The translations under genes and the position numbers were made by a program. From contig CM022671.1 of NCBI GenBank assembly GCA_012295275.1, positions 11,966,001-12,030,000 of the forward strand: a stretch of 64,000 nt of DNA, written 5' to 3'. Every line of letters starts with the position of its first letter. The first letter of the stretch is position 1. The stretch is from Chrysomallon squamiferum (lineage: Eukaryota; Animalia; Mollusca). The notes beneath the pieces were generated by a model that did no database searches, was not told where the DNA came from, and worked only from the letters and a program-made list of their open reading frames with translations. Shown one piece after another: positions 25,952-44,866 of this stretch.

Positions 25952-28932
25952 TTTGGGATGAAAACCTTATTCTTGGACAATTAATTATAAGAGAAGTAAT
26001 TTAAAGAAATAAAAATGTCTCATTTAATCAATAACATGTGTGCATCATACAATTTTTTTCTTGTTCTGCATCAAACCATATAAATACATATTGCTGGGTA
26101 TTGTGGATTAATGAACGTGAAAATGAGTCAGTGAATGATTTATAAGATAATGAAATAACATGAAGTATTATTTTCTAGAAAGAAAACAAAGACTTACCTT
26201 GACTGCAGCCACACTGACTGTTTCATGTGACATTACAACAGCTGTTGTGTGATCTACAAAGCAACATGTTGCATGTACATCACAACACATATTGATACAG
26301 TGGGACAGGCAGATATAAAGTGTTCTCGGATCAATTCTCCTTATTAAATCTACATGGTTATTTCCTACCCAGCTATTGCTTCACAAGTGAGTTATCAAAG
26401 GGTTGTACATACTTATCTGTCTTAAAGATCCTTGCTGCTAATTGAAAATAAGTCAACTGCAGACTTTCAGGAACTTTTACCTCAACAGACTTACGATGCT
26501 CAATCATAGTCAGTGTTTATAGGTACAGTGATGTTACTTCCAAATGTCCCTTCCTGGTGGACTTCTGTATGCTTCCACATAATGGTCACAATGCTTACAG
26601 AACACATCAGTGATTATTATACTGTTTTACAGAAAACACCCCAAAATAACCAAGACTGGCAAAGCAGTTGACTTAAATACATAATTTGAAATTTTTTGAT
26701 TTGCTTTACTTACCAGTTTTGCTTCAGGTTATATTTAAACATTAATAAGAGTAAACAATTTGACAAGTGTACAACTTTATGAAAACACAACACTGTAATA
26801 TATAGAAGAATAAAATAAACACCAAATATCCTGGAATGTGTTTTCCTGTTAGTAGAAAGTAACATATTTCTTCTCTCCTTTTATATATGCTTCTAAACCA
26901 AAAGCATGATGCCATATAAAAATGTGTGGCTTTGCCTAGGATGGATAAACTACAACATGAAATGAACCTTGTCATGTGTTAATTTTAAATAAAGAGGATG
27001 CGACAGATAGATATGTGTAAAATATACTACACTGTTAAAAACCAGCTGTTTCAAATGTTGTCATTTCACATTATGTCATACACATCAAACTAATCATCAA
27101 ACTAATCATCAAATTAATCATACTATATTGAATTGTATTGTATAAAGCTAAATCATGTTGTATTGCATGAAACTATATTAAATCATGTTGTATTGAATGA
27201 TATTGTATGAAATCATGTTGTATTGAATGATACTGCATTAAATCAAATAATATAGCATTACATTGCACTGTATAGTACTTTATCAAAATGAACTGTATTT
27301 TCTAGTATCATGTTGTATTCTATAAAATCATCTTTTTAACTTTCTGCTTTATTTGTTCTGTTTTGCTTTAAAAAAATAAAAGTACAGAATAAAAATTAAT
27401 TCAACAACTGTTTCATTAATGTCAATACAGACATAAATATTTATTTCTGAAATGACCTGTAAGTTTCAGGGTTACACACCCAGACACACACATACAACCA
27501 AACAAATACAAAAATATTAATTTTACTCTCTTACATACATTCAGTCTTACCCTCACTTTCTGAAACACATTTTTACTCACACATAAATTTTCTCCCTGTG
27601 AGAAGTGAAATCAGTGGTGATTAAATGAAAATACCCCAGCTGAACAAACACATTTATCTGTATCACCTGTGAATATAACACACATTTTCCTCACAACAGG
27701 TTAAATTGTAAAGTTTGTAGGACATCAGCAATATCATTACACATACAGAGAAGTGGCATATTTTCACATTTGAGGTAACTTGTATAGGTAATGACAGTTA
27801 AATAATAATAATAATAATAATAACAACAACAATAATAATAATGTGTACATGTGTGTGGCTATGTATGGGTGTGTGTAGGTGTGTCTCTACGTGTCTTTTT
27901 GTCTGTCTCTGAGATAAATATATGTGTAAATTGTGATTAAACTTTTATTTTGTACTTAATGTTATACAGTTTGTGACAATAATAAAACAAAAAATATGTT
28001 ATTAACCGTGTCAGATTATAATGCTGTTTTGTTGTACAGTTTTTAAATTAGCAAATAACTATATTAAAACAACCATCAGTGTATATGAGATATTTGCATT
28101 GTGTATTTATGTTAGTGTTACTCAGATATTTATTATTGTAATATCTGATATTGTATTAATTTTTGTACCTTTACAAACTGCAGAACATTTTAGTCTATTG
28201 TGTATGTGATGACACAAAATAAGTAATTATGAAAGTGCTGTGATATTTAACTATCATTTACAACTGTGGATGTTACTACTGTGATCTACAAAATAATTCT
28301 GCAATTATTAAATACGAATATAACTATAACACAAAAATACTGTTAACAAGATTTACAATATGTTCAAAGTTTATAAATCATAATAAAAATGTGCTGAATA
28401 TGCATTCTGCTTACTTATAATTTACTCAGTGTCATCAAAAAAGTTGTTAAACCGTTTATAACAATAATATAAAAATGAATACACTTACCAATACAATGTT
28501 GTTATATGCATAACGTCACTAAGTAGAAGTTTGTTTTACATTTGTTCTACAGTCTGTAACAGTGTTGTATAAAGTTACACAAATTTCATTAATCACAGCA
28601 TACTTAACAAAAACTGCACAGCATGGAACTAAAAGCTGAAAAATGTCATTCACTGATCAGCAATTGTGCCGGGAAATAACACAGCTGACCTGAGTCAACT
28701 CACATGAGACTAGTTTACTCATAACTGTATGTGTGCAGCCAAGTGAGGCTGTAGTCTCATTCATGTGAGACTTGTAAATACAGCCAATAATTGTTGTTAT
28801 TACCATAAAGCTACAAAGCAAAGAAGTCCTTTCTTTCAGTGTTAACTTAATAATAATTGTTACTCTGCAAAACTTACTAAAACTGCTGGAGGACTTACAG
28901 TTTACACATTATTATTGTTATTATTATTACTA

Positions 28933-28987
<55 letters not shown>

Positions 28988-30207
28988 TTTTTTTTTAATT
29001 ATTATTGTTGTTATTATTATTATTATTGGCTTTTAAAATATATAATGATTCATTTTTATTTTTAGTATTTACACTAACTTTTCAAATGCAATAACTGAAA
29101 TTTAAAAAAAAAAAAAATCAAATTATACTTTTCATTTCATAATTAGAAATAATATAAATTCTTAGAAAAGCTATTTAAAATATTAATTTTATTATCTTCA
29201 ATAAAGTATTTTTAAAAAGTACATCCATTATATGTATTGTAAACACACACTGACCATACAAACACATATATACAAAGTCCTAATAACACATTGAGAACAT
29301 GTACACGCCAAAAATATACACACTGACAATATATAGGCCTATTATGGCCAAATGAAACTTTACCAGTAAGAAACTGAAATTTCAGAAAAACTGAAAATCT
29401 AGTTAAAATACACACTGCAATAACAACATGTAGAGAACACATTACTTGCTTGTTGGGGAAACAAATTAGGGAAAAAGCTAAAAGCATATACTTCATGAAT
29501 AACCCATCTGCACATGCAACACAGACAGCATATCACATATACTCAGTGACAAGAAAAAATCACCACAGAAATGCTGTGAATGACTTTGAACATTGTGGAC
29601 ATGGTTCAGATGGAAACTATCAATACTTTTATCACATTAGCCATGTAACAACTTGATACATCATTACAAGCAGACAGAGTCAGTGACAATACACCACGAG
29701 GACCAGAACTTACATTGGTGAGGTAGTGTCACTATCAGCATGGCAAACCCTCACAGAATCACACAAATCTTCCGTGGAACAAACATGTCAGATGTTGAAT
29801 TAGTTTTGAACACTAATGATTCTTTATAAGCTCTACATGTTGTCCATGGAGTGGAATGATGGATTTTTGTAGCTAACATTAATTAGGTCAACTCTGACAT
29901 GATTATCAAATGTTGTATGTTTGTTATTTTTAGTACTTAAAAATATTTTTTTTTTTTTACTTTAAGCATGTATCTTCTTTCATTTTCAACTAGAGTGACT
30001 GAAAACTATGGTAAAGATTCTTTTGGCAGTAGGAATATATATTGTGAATACACAAATTATTCCCATGCATTGTGAATATTTACACCTATAAGAATATATA
30101 CTATATGAATACACACTGAAAACACTAAGTAACATCATACCAGGACAATATTCATCAGAGGTCTGTCTTGTGTAGACAACTCCTGAAATTCTTTCATTGT
30201 TGTCCAT
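13423..30207 (-). CDS. SVOPL: SVOP/SVOPL-family major facilitator transporter, 513 aa, 13 coding exons
   Basis: Exons 30141-30207, 24961-25160, 23754-23924, 20757-20881, 20543-20606, 20135-20260, 18513-18644, 17497-17644, 16813-16893, 15906-16099, 14459-14548, 13886-13999, 13423-13452; phases all match (1542 nt). Motifs [98 protein letters not shown] versus SVOP and the first coding exon are less certain. Confidence 0.92.
14523..15450 (-). repeat. 94-bp minisatellite x10 built from the SVOPL exon-11 acceptor and exon start
   Basis: Unit starts at 14523, 14617, 14711, 14805, 14899, 14993, 15087, 15181, 15275, 15369; units near-identical. Confidence 0.97.
16920..17246. repeat. 33-bp minisatellite next to the SVOPL exon-9 acceptor
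   Basis: Unit tgttattaaacagtatgacattattaatacagc, about 9-10 copies. Confidence 0.92.
17973..18270. repeat. Displaced copy of the exon-9 start, its acceptor and the 33-bp array, in SVOPL intron 7
   Basis: ataattacatgaacaca.ctgactgtctgtaattaaaaacattaaaaacag is shared with 16869-16918 and is followed by about 8 diverged 33-bp units. Confidence 0.9.
18961..19851 (-). mobile_element. Internally deleted Ginger2/TDD-like (KRBA2/SCAND3-type integrase) DNA transposon remnant in SVOPL intron 6
   Basis: About 46-bp inverted repeats at 18961-19006 and 19806-19851 (gtgcagaatgatattgacaa.gttgttatttgacttaaa). Minus-strand remnants [41 protein letters not shown] and [18 protein letters not shown] resemble the C-terminus of this integrase family. 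Confidence 0.72.
20859..21775 (-). repeat. 37/39-bp minisatellite built from the SVOPL exon-4 acceptor and exon start
   Basis: Minus-strand unit tatttctctatttcag|ACACTCTACAATGTTTCACTGTG, more than 20 copies, decaying away from the exon, with a roughly 381-bp higher-order duplication. Confidence 0.95.
26295..26470 (+). mobile_element. Old SINE-like fragment; related pieces at about 31090-31230 (+), 4270-4350 (-) and 22890-22990 (-)
   Basis: Shared core aaaga..cttgctgctaa.tg recurs in both orientations. Resembles, from memory, a gastropod tRNA-derived SINE body. Highly diverged. Confidence 0.4.
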
Positions 30208-33162
30208 TCACACTGCTACAGCTTCTTCCCCAGTCCTCTGTGACAGTGGCAAAAACTGAAATTATTGTTAAAAACCAGTCACCGTAAAGTATAAAACTAG
30301 CCATGGTCTGTAGAATATTCAGTTATAATTAAAAAAGTAATGGCTGTCAAAAATATAACAAGTATATATCTATAGATTATATATATAAGTAATAACCGCT
30401 GGTAATGCGGATATATGTGTGTCTGTGTTTGTGTGTGTGCATTTCCAGTGACTTATTATTTAACTGATGGATCATACTTTATGTGTATATTCCATAAACA
30501 AGAAAACTTTGTGAAGATACAATTGTGAGGGAGGTAAATGAAGACTTAAGTAAAACTCATATAAAACAGCAAGTGAAGTAGATAAAATATATATATTAAA
30601 TATTTGTTTTCACTGTTTTTTTTAAAAGTAATAAAGATGTATATGTAGTCAATATGAAAATAGTTTTATAATGTGAGCTTAAGTTTTAATATAGTTAAGT
30701 GAAAACAGCTGAACTAAAATTTAGTATATTTAAAAGAAATGTAACATTTAATTGTGCATAATACTTTTCAGTTAATTTTGTATACATTTAAAACTATGTT
30801 ATACGTACATTTTCAGTGCACTTAACAATATCATTTAACAAACTTTTAATATGCAAAACTGTTATTACATTTGCATTTTCAACAGACACAGCTGGTAGTA
30901 AAATTGAGAATATATTACATCTAGAAACTAGTGTCTGTTTGTAACACTAGTTTGAAACTGTATAGTAGTGACTGAATCTGTATAGTAGTGACTGAATCTG
31001 TATAGTAGTGACTGAATCATCAGGACATTTAAGATGTCTGATGATGAAGATGTCACACACACATTACAAGCAGATATAACTTGTTAGTAATGAGCCATTT
31101 TTGCCACAATAAATGGTCCACAAGTGTTATCTAAAAGCCTTGGTATGCACTGTCTGTTGTAAAAGACATCTTACTGCTGCTAACTGAGGCATAAACCACA
31201 GGGTGACAGCAGTGAGTTTCTATTCTTATATGATAATAACAATAAAATATTCATGTTGATCCCCAGTGAATTGTTTTGTAAATGAACATTCTTCATTCCT
31301 ACAGTGAGTTAAACTTAACATGATGTTGACAGTCACATACCTACACATCTAAGACAGTAAAGTAAAATACAGCAGAATATATTAATTTTCATTTTGGGAG
31401 TGTTCATTTTCTAAATACCCTGTGTTATTAAACACACACACACACAAAATGAAACCTACATACTACTGTACTTTTTAATTTTCTATAAACAATAGAAAAA
31501 TTAATAATTTACAATTTTATCCATTTCATTAAAAACAAAAAAGGTACAGATTGATTTTATCTAGTTTAGAATAAAAATTATGAAAATTGATAATAACATG
31601 GAATTTATAATAACTCTGTGTGTGAATGTGTGTGTGGCACCTAACATTCAAACAGATAACTGACTTAATGAAGCAATCATAGAGTGATCATTATGAACAA
31701 ATTTAACTTATAGCATACCTCTTTACTGCAACATTTCAACTCTTTATGCACTCCAAAATACAGTCCTTTGTATTTTTTAAATAACAAATGTTTAAAATGA
31801 AGCTACGTGAAAATATTTGCCCAGTAAAACAGCTTTGTTTTCAAAGTTATTGATTATTATAAAAATGCGAAACAGCTGCTACATATTCATTGATGTTCAC
31901 CATATATTTTTTAATGATATATTTTATTCATACCTATATCTGTCAATCAGTTATTACTGAGTTTCCAAGAGAATATTTATATGTCAGTACAGGCTCAATA
32001 ATCCAAATATTTACCAAGGTTAATATTTTAAATTATTCTTTAAATCAAGTTTATAGTATAAATAAATTGTTCAATTATGATGTTAAAAAGTCTTCTTTTA
32101 AAAGCTTGAATAAATTAATTGAGGTTAATAAATAAAACAAATAAATAAAATCACATTACTAAAAACTTATATTGTCATTTATGAACATTTTCTTTTGCCA
32201 TTTTGTTACTTTTACTTTTCTCTTTCCTTGCTTTTTACAACATAATTATAACAATACATTATTATAGACAGTTGCTCTGATGTTACTAAGGATAAACTGA
32301 TTATACTGTATCCAGATATCCAAATGTGCCTTGTGCCAAAACCAAGTATTTCTGCATATTCTTGAATATTTCAAAATTCTCTTTCTCTCATGTACACACA
32401 CACACCTCACATTCTGCTTCTTTTTTCCTTTGTATTGTTTAACCGTACAGTGTAGCATATTTCTGTCACAGAAAGATATGAAACTTTTCAGGGTAATCTA
32501 GCTTACATTAGCAACAACAAAATGTTTACATACACCTTCATTGAGGCAATAAAAAAGATACCACTCCTTTTGATAAGCAGTTACAGGATTCCATCATTAA
32601 AAGTAAAGAGAACTATTCAATGGGCACACTGTGTAGAATTGAACCTACAATACTTAAAAACAAATTTCCCGACAATCGCATGGTTTTATAAATAATAACG
32701 TGAGAGGGTGAATTTTGTTCAGTATTAAATATATCTAACACAAATATATTAATATACAACAAAGTATGTTCAGTATTAAATATATCTAACACAAATATAT
32801 TAATACACAACAAAGTATGATCAGTATTAAAAGAGAGATGTGTTTATAAAAAAAATTATTTGTGCACGATACCTAACTCTTTATTTACATGACCTTCAAC
32901 TTTCTATAAAAATCCATATGGTCACGGTAAAAATAAAATAAAATTAAAAATAAAATAAAATAATAAAATAAACATTGCGTTAAGAAAACATGCTGCTTGT
33001 AAATATTTATTATTAATTAATAAAGTAGTTACAGCTATATAGGTATTTAAAACCAGGTTAAAACAATGAATAAGTATGTAAAATAAAAGTGTTTATGACC
33101 CACTATTTTGAAGTTAAACCATTTATCGATACCTATTGTTGATGAATTTCAACAGGCACTAC

Positions 33163-33245
33163 CTGTATACCACACGTCAGAGAGAGTGCTTTCCCTTGAT
33201 TAGCTGAACAAAAAGAAAGTTGTCTGACGACGGAAACGCATCATG
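33163..33245 (-). promoter_or_regulatory. Probable non-coding first exon / TSS region of SVOPL
   Basis: CAG|gtagtg donor at 33162. The first coding exon has its own acceptor (30256-30258), so an upstream exon is needed. CpG reappears here after the CpG-poor gene body. Confidence 0.4.
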
Positions 33246-33700
33246 GTCCATTAAAAATAAATGAGCTTGCATTTATTTATTTATTTATTTTTTTTTTTTT
33301 CAGCAAGAACTTATTTATTGGTATTATATTATATTATATTATATTATAGTGTAGTATAGTATATTATTTTATATTACAGTCTATTACATAACATAGTACT
33401 GTATTACATTACATTACAAATTGTATTGTATTGCATTGCCTTACACACACATAAACACATACAAAAACACACACAGTCATTCTCCTATGAAATACATCAT
33501 TTGTTCATCCAGTTTATTATGTATCATTTATATATTTATTTTATTTTATTTTATTTTTTATTCATTTATTCATTTATTTTTTGATGATAGTGACTCGACC
33601 CCACCTGCAAAATGGGTGAAGAGTGGAAGCGGGAAGTGACAGCGTCACGGGGCTTATACCTTTAAACACCTTGTATGATGTTTTATGGTTCAGTCTAGGG

Positions 33701-35308
33701 CAGTGATTCCCAACGTGGGGCCTACGCCCCACTTGGGGGCAATATGAAAAATATGGTAATATCAACATTTTTATTTTTATTTTACCCTATATGGGTAAAA
33801 ATTATAAATTTATAGGGTAAAATTGTAATTACAACCTAGCTGAGCTCAACAGCTTGTGCAGTCTAGTCAAGTGTTCACCCACTAATGTTATCGTGCATGA
33901 ATTTATTGAGGATAAACTATTTTGCGAAGCATTAGAAACCACCACTATTGCAATTGATATATATAAGAAATTAAAAACATATTTAGATGATAAGCAGATA
34001 CCAATGGAGAACATTATATCTTGTGCTGCAGACGGTGCTCCAGTGATGATGGGCAAGAAAAATGGAGTTTTAAAATTATTGAAATTCGACAATCCCCAAA
34101 TGTTGTTAGTGCTTTTGTGTTATTCGTGGACAGAATTTAGTTTCCAAAAAAGTTTCCCCTGTTCTAAACGAGACATTGAATGCAGTTATAAAATGCATCA
34201 ACACTATAAAAGCTAATGCCAAATGTGAGCGTCTTTTCAAACAATTTTGCAAGGATCAAAATGAGGACTATGTAAGATTATTACTTCATACTGATGTAAG
34301 GTGGTTATCAAAGGGGAATTGCCTGAAAAGATTCATGGAATTATTTGATATTCTTAGTGAGTTCGTGGATGACAAACCTTATATGACTCTGTTACTGACA
34401 GTTGATGGTGAAGCACTTGTCAGTTATTTAGCAGATATGTTTGAAAAATTCAATGTCTTAAATAAGGAGCTCCAAGGAACAAATGTGACTCTTGTTAATT
34501 CAAAGGCCAAAATATTTGGCTTTATATCATTTCTGGAATTATCCCAAGAAAATATTTCTGTCAAAAAATTTGAACAATTTTTATTGGCTGAATAAATGTG
34601 AGGTAACAGATGCTACTTGTCTTGTTATTGTGGTGCACTTAAAAATAATGGTAAGCGATTTCAACTTCAGATTTTATGATTTGAAAGAAATTAATTATCC
34701 ATCTTGGATGACTCAGCCATTGCTAGTGGATCTGTCAGATGTAACCATGGAGTATCAAGAACTTTCAGAATTACAAAATGATGACTCGATTAAAGCCCTG
34801 TTCAAAATAAAATGAACTATGATGTGGCTCTGTGAAGAAACACAAGCTAAATATCCAAATACAAGTAGTTTGGCAAGAAAACTACTGTTACCATTCCCAT
34901 CGTCATACTTAGTGGAATGTGGATTTAGTGCTATAAATGACTTATTACTGAAGAAAAGAAACCGACTGGATATGACTAAACGAGGCGACTTGAGATTGAA
35001 ATTAACAAAATTTCTGCCTCGGATAAAACCTCTTTGCAGTAGACATCAGGCTCAAGGGTCTCATTAATTGATTGTAATTGAATTTATTTAATCTGATGGT
35101 AGATATATTATACACATTATCAAATGGATTTTATTTGATTAAATTTGAAGTTAAACCCTTTAGTTTTATTTGAAAGATACAATTTTTTATGTTATACTTC
35201 TTCAAAACTGATATTGTTATATCATATTAAACAATTAACGGGTGGGGGACATGAAGGAATTTGTGATAAAAAAGTGGGGCATGGTACTAAAATGGTTGGG
35301 AACCACTG
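33701..35308 (+). mobile_element. Non-autonomous hAT DNA transposon, Buster/Charlie (ZBED8/FAM200-like) clade
   Basis: TIRs cagtgattcccaac / gttgggaaccactg; 8-bp TSD gtctaggg at 33693-33700 and 35309-35316. Frameshifted transposase with ADGAPVMMG, LLHTDVRWLSKG, YLADMFEKFN and LLLPFPSSYLVECGFS. N-terminal part deleted. Confidence 0.95.
33854..35067 (+). pseudogene. Truncated, frameshifted hAT transposase
   Basis: Consecutive ORF fragments 33854-34216, 34176-34595, 34492-34815 and 34819-35067, separated by frameshifts and an in-frame stop, ending HQAQGSH*. Confidence 0.92.
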
Positions 35309-35915
35309 GTCTAGGGTAACAAGGAATATAAACACTAAATTGTATAAATCAATAAGTCTATTTATCCACTAGAGAAACAAACACAACACAAGTTAAAGTT
35401 TACGTTAATTATTTAATTATGATATACAGGTAACTTAATAATAATACATTATACAATCATAAAACACACGTTTAAGTCATTTTGATTAATAATACGAGAA
35501 AGGTCATACGGGGAACCAAGGTACAAAATAAGAATCTGCACGGAGGACAGATTTAAAACCTTAAATTTTAGGTATAATAAATGTTATTGACACAGGTTAA
35601 TTGCACATTACACCCTATCAAAATAAGAATAGACAATTGCTTACCATACTCGTCCATAAAGACAATGTCATTCAAGAACATTGGTTTCCCCACCTAACTG
35701 AACTCTCGTCTTGACCGTTTCCTTCGCTCTCTTACTTCCATTAATTACCAAAAGCCAGCCCTTTTTATAACAACGCCATGCAGAAACAATAAAAAGAGCA
35801 GATGTGATTGTAGTAATAATTAAAGTTACGCAATTTCAATTCCATAGCTTAGAAATAAAAGAGCGGATGTGATTTGAAGTAACAATTAAAGTTAACTCTT
35901 GTAATGTAATGTAAC
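35309..35915. repeat. Copy 1 of a locally duplicated module; continues left of the hAT at about 33640-33700
   Basis: Colinear, same-orientation similarity to 45490-45985 plus 46410-46626, and partly to 46630-46925. Confidence 0.9.
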
Positions 35916-36625
35916 ACACATTTAACTCTTGTGATACAACGTAACAAACATTCAACTGTTGTGATGTAGTGTAACACATATTTATCTCTTGTGATGTAGT
36001 GTAACACAGATTTAACTCTTGTAATTCAGAGTAACGCAGATTTAACTCCTGTGATGTAATGTAACAGATTCAACTCTTGTAATGTAATTAACACATATTT
36101 AACTTTTGTAATGCAACGAAACAAAGATTCAACTCTTGTGATGTAATGTAACACAGATGTAACTCTTGTGAAATATTTAACACAGATTTAACTCTTGTAA
36201 TGTGATGTAACAGAGATTTAGCGTTTGCATTGCAACGTAACAAAAATTCAAATCTTGTGATATAGTGTAACCCAGATTTAACTCTTGTAATGCAATGTAA
36301 CAAGGATTCAACTCTTGTGATGTAGTGTAACATGGATTTAACTTTTGTGATATAGTGTAACCCAGATTTAAGTCTTTTTATGCAGCGTAACACGAATTTA
36401 ACACTTGTAATGCAATATAACACATATTTAACTCTTGTAATGCAATATAACACATATTTAACTCTTATAATGCAATGTAACACATATTTAACTCTTATAA
36501 TGCAATGTAACACAGATTAACTCTTATAATGTAATGTAACACATATTTAACTCCTGTAATGCAATGTAATGTAATGTAACACATATTTAACTCTTATAAT
36601 GCAATTTAACACATATTTAACTCTT
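35891..36625. repeat. 30-bp minisatellite (about 24 copies) starting just after the NEK4-like stop codon
   Basis: Unit ttaactcttgtaatgcaatgtaacacatat; gives the 10-aa periodic ORF 36088-36513. Confidence 0.93.
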
Positions 36626-36638
36626 TTGTTGTGATCTT

Positions 36639-41780
<5,142 letters not shown>

Positions 41781-43611
41781 GATTGTCTTCTTTCTGGCAC
41801 AAGTTTTTGCGTCGCAAGATTTACAATCCGATAAACTTCCTTGTTGAGACTTAGCAAATAAAAACAAGCTTGGACAAGTTAGAGTAACTGTGTCCTGTCA
41901 GAATTGTTTTAAAAACCCGATATGTCTTATTTTATTTCTGATAAATATTTTGGGGATTCCCCTTTACAACCCGATTAATTTTCTTACAAAGAAATTTCGT
42001 GTCTTGGAATTACACTGAACAGACGACGAACTGCTTCGTAATATCGAGATTTTTTAAATATAGTTATGCATTGAGATCTGTAATTGAATAAACATACTAA
42101 AATGCGATATATACCAATATTTAAGGGGATATTTTTATTATTTAGTCTTTTGATAACCATTGCCACTAACCTACTTTGGTTATTAACGTTTTATATCTCC
42201 GTTGTAATGCATAAAGAGCAAAACAAAACAAAAACAACAACAAATACAACAACATAAAATCGTCGCAATAAATAAACGAATGATAAATTGTGAATTAATT
42301 AAATTCACTATAAAGACCTACTTTACTGAAGCTTTTTTCACAGACGTTCTCGCAGATCGGTGATAATCCGATTAGTATATTTAATTTACTAGTCAGCCAG
42401 TGCTGCTGATCAACAAACAATGAGTGGTTAGCCAGCTAGTCAAAACAAATCGTTGGCAAAACAAAGCAGAAGCATTTGAATTTTAATTGGCTGAAGAAAA
42501 ACCAATGAAAATCGCAGTTCTGATAAAATGTCAATGATATTTTGAGTGTGCTGAATTGATTTGAACTGTAAGATGTATTTTAATAGAGAGTATAACGGTA
42601 AACCGTTTTTTGTTTTTTATCTTACATAGTACACATACACGTTCAAGGTGTGGAAAGTTTTCTCAGTGATATTTAGATTTACAGTTTTCTGTAATCGGTC
42701 CTAACTTATTTACTAAGCCACGGATTGCAATTTAGTTTATACCTACTTGTAGAATTAGCTGGTAGCTATTTTTTTTTTACTTATTACAATATTTTTTATT
42801 GTTGTACTTTTAAGGTACAGTTTTTGAAAATGTCGGTAACATAGTAACTGTTTACTTTAATACAGTTTAACATGTCGTAATTCACCTGTATACATCATTA
42901 AAGTAAGTAAATATGATAACCATTCATTTCTACAAATATTCCTAATAATATACATTAATTAAATATCTACTGTTAGTTAACAGCAATTCAATTAATGAAA
43001 ACAATTAACGATCATTAGCGAAAGACAAAAGGAACTTTTGTAAGCTATGCTCAGCTGACTACAGGGAAGTCCGCGACGTGTTTATTTAAGTAAAATTCAA
43101 ATGAGCCCAGAGAAGAGAACGAGACCACAAAGAACAATTTCCTGTCCCGGAACCCACATCCGGCGACCCAAGAGATCGGGTCCGAGATAGGCGTGCCTGA
43201 ACCTTGAATTGATGTGGGCACGTACAAAGAGTTTCCATCCATCCACAGAACAAAGAGAAGACGCGGGTGGGTCGAGCAGTTGGCGGCACTTTTGTTGGTA
43301 AACATATTTTGCGTTACCTTTGTTTAAGTCGGAAGCACGGACAAATGGTTATCCCGTTTCTCTATGCTCTGTTTGATTTGTTGGTCAGTTCATGTAACCA
43401 TCAATTATTCACTGCAATAGATTAGAGCAGAATGGAAGCTTTGTATAAAACGGCAATATTATAGAATTTTCTTTTCAAACCAGCGGTACACTGAAAACCT
43501 GTGAGCGTGATCTACATGGGAATAATAATAGCAATGCTTAAAAACCAGGAAGAAATCAGTTCAGAGACACCAAACGGAAAGACAAAGTCGGAGCGAGTCC
43601 ACTCCACTGAG

Positions 43612-44866
43612 GCTTCCCGCTCTGCCAGTCGAACATCAGCGTGTCCGCTCCCTCTCTGCCAGTTGAACATCAGCGTGTCCGGCTCCCTCTCTGCCAGTCG
43701 AACATCAGCGTGTCCGACTTCCTGTCCGCCAGTCGAACATCAGCGTGTCCGGCTCTCTCTCTGCCAGTCGAACATCAGCGTGTCCGGCTTCCTGTCCGCC
43801 AGTCGAACATCAGCGTGTCCGGTTCTCTCTCTGCCAGTTGAACATCAGCGTGTCCGGCTCTCTCTCTCCCAGTCGAACATCAGCGTGTCCGGCTTCCTGT
43901 CCGCCAGTCGAACATCAGCGTGTCCGGTTCTCTCTCTGCCAGTCGAACATCAGCGTGTCCGGCTCCCTCTCTGCCAGTCGAACATCATCCGCCAGTCGAA
44001 CATCAGCGTGTCCGACTTCCAGTGTCATCCAGTCGAACATCAGCGTGTCCGGCTCTCTCTCTGCCAGTCGAACATCAGCGAGTCCGGCTTCCTGTCCGCC
44101 AGTCGAACATCAGCGTGTCCGGCTTCCTGTCCGCCAGTCGAACATCAGCGTGTCCGGCTTCCTGTCCGCCAGTCGAACGTCAGCGTGTCCGGCTTCCTCT
44201 CTGCCAGTCGAACGTCAGCGTGTCCGGCTTCCTGTCCGCCAGTCGAACATCGGCGTGTCCGGTTCTGTCCGCCAGTCGAACATCAGCGTGTCCGGTTCTC
44301 TCTCTGCCAGTCGAACATCAGCGTGTCCGACTTCCTGTCTGCCAGTCGAACATCAGCGTGTCCGGTTCTTCCTGCCAGTCGAACATCCGTCCAGTCGAAC
44401 ATCAGCGTGTCCGGTTCTCTCTCTGCCAGTTGAACATCAGCGTGTCCGGCTCCCTCTCTGCCAGTCGAACATCAGCGTGTCCGACTTCCTGTCCGCCAGT
44501 CGAACATCAGCGTGTCCGGTTCTCTCTCTGCCAGTCGAACATCAGCGAGTCCGGCTTCCTGTCCGCCAGTCGAACATCAGCGTGTCCGGCTTCCTGTCCG
44601 CCAGTCGAACATCAGCGTGTCCGGCTTCCTCTCTGCCAGTCGAACATCAGCGTGTCCGGCTTCCTGTCCGCCAGTCGAACATCAGCGAGTCCGGCTTCCT
44701 GTCCGCCAGTCGAACATCAGCGAGTCCGGCTTCCTGTCCGCCAGTCGAACATCAGCGTGTCCGGTGCCAGTCGAACGTCAGCGTGTCCGGCTCCCTCTCT
44801 GCCAGTCGAACGTCAGCGTGTCCGGCTTCCTCTCTGCTAGTCGAACGTCAGCGTGTCCGGCTTCCT
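43612..44866. repeat. GC/CpG-rich 35-bp minisatellite, about 36 copies
   Basis: Unit gccagtcgaacatcagcgtgtccggcttcctgtcc, with a variant ending ctccctctct; nearly stop-free on the + strand. Confidence 0.96.

Noticed and set aside
26192-26240. Alternative first coding exon of SVOPL (AAG|gtaagt)
   Set aside because: The two nearest ATGs give phase 0 or 2, but exon 2 needs phase 1; it lies next to a SINE-like fragment. At most a UTR exon.
24765-32830. Small intronic duplications (about 24770-24905, 27150-27240, 30958-31018, 32717-32830)
   Set aside because: Two or three copy local slippage repeats with no further structure.
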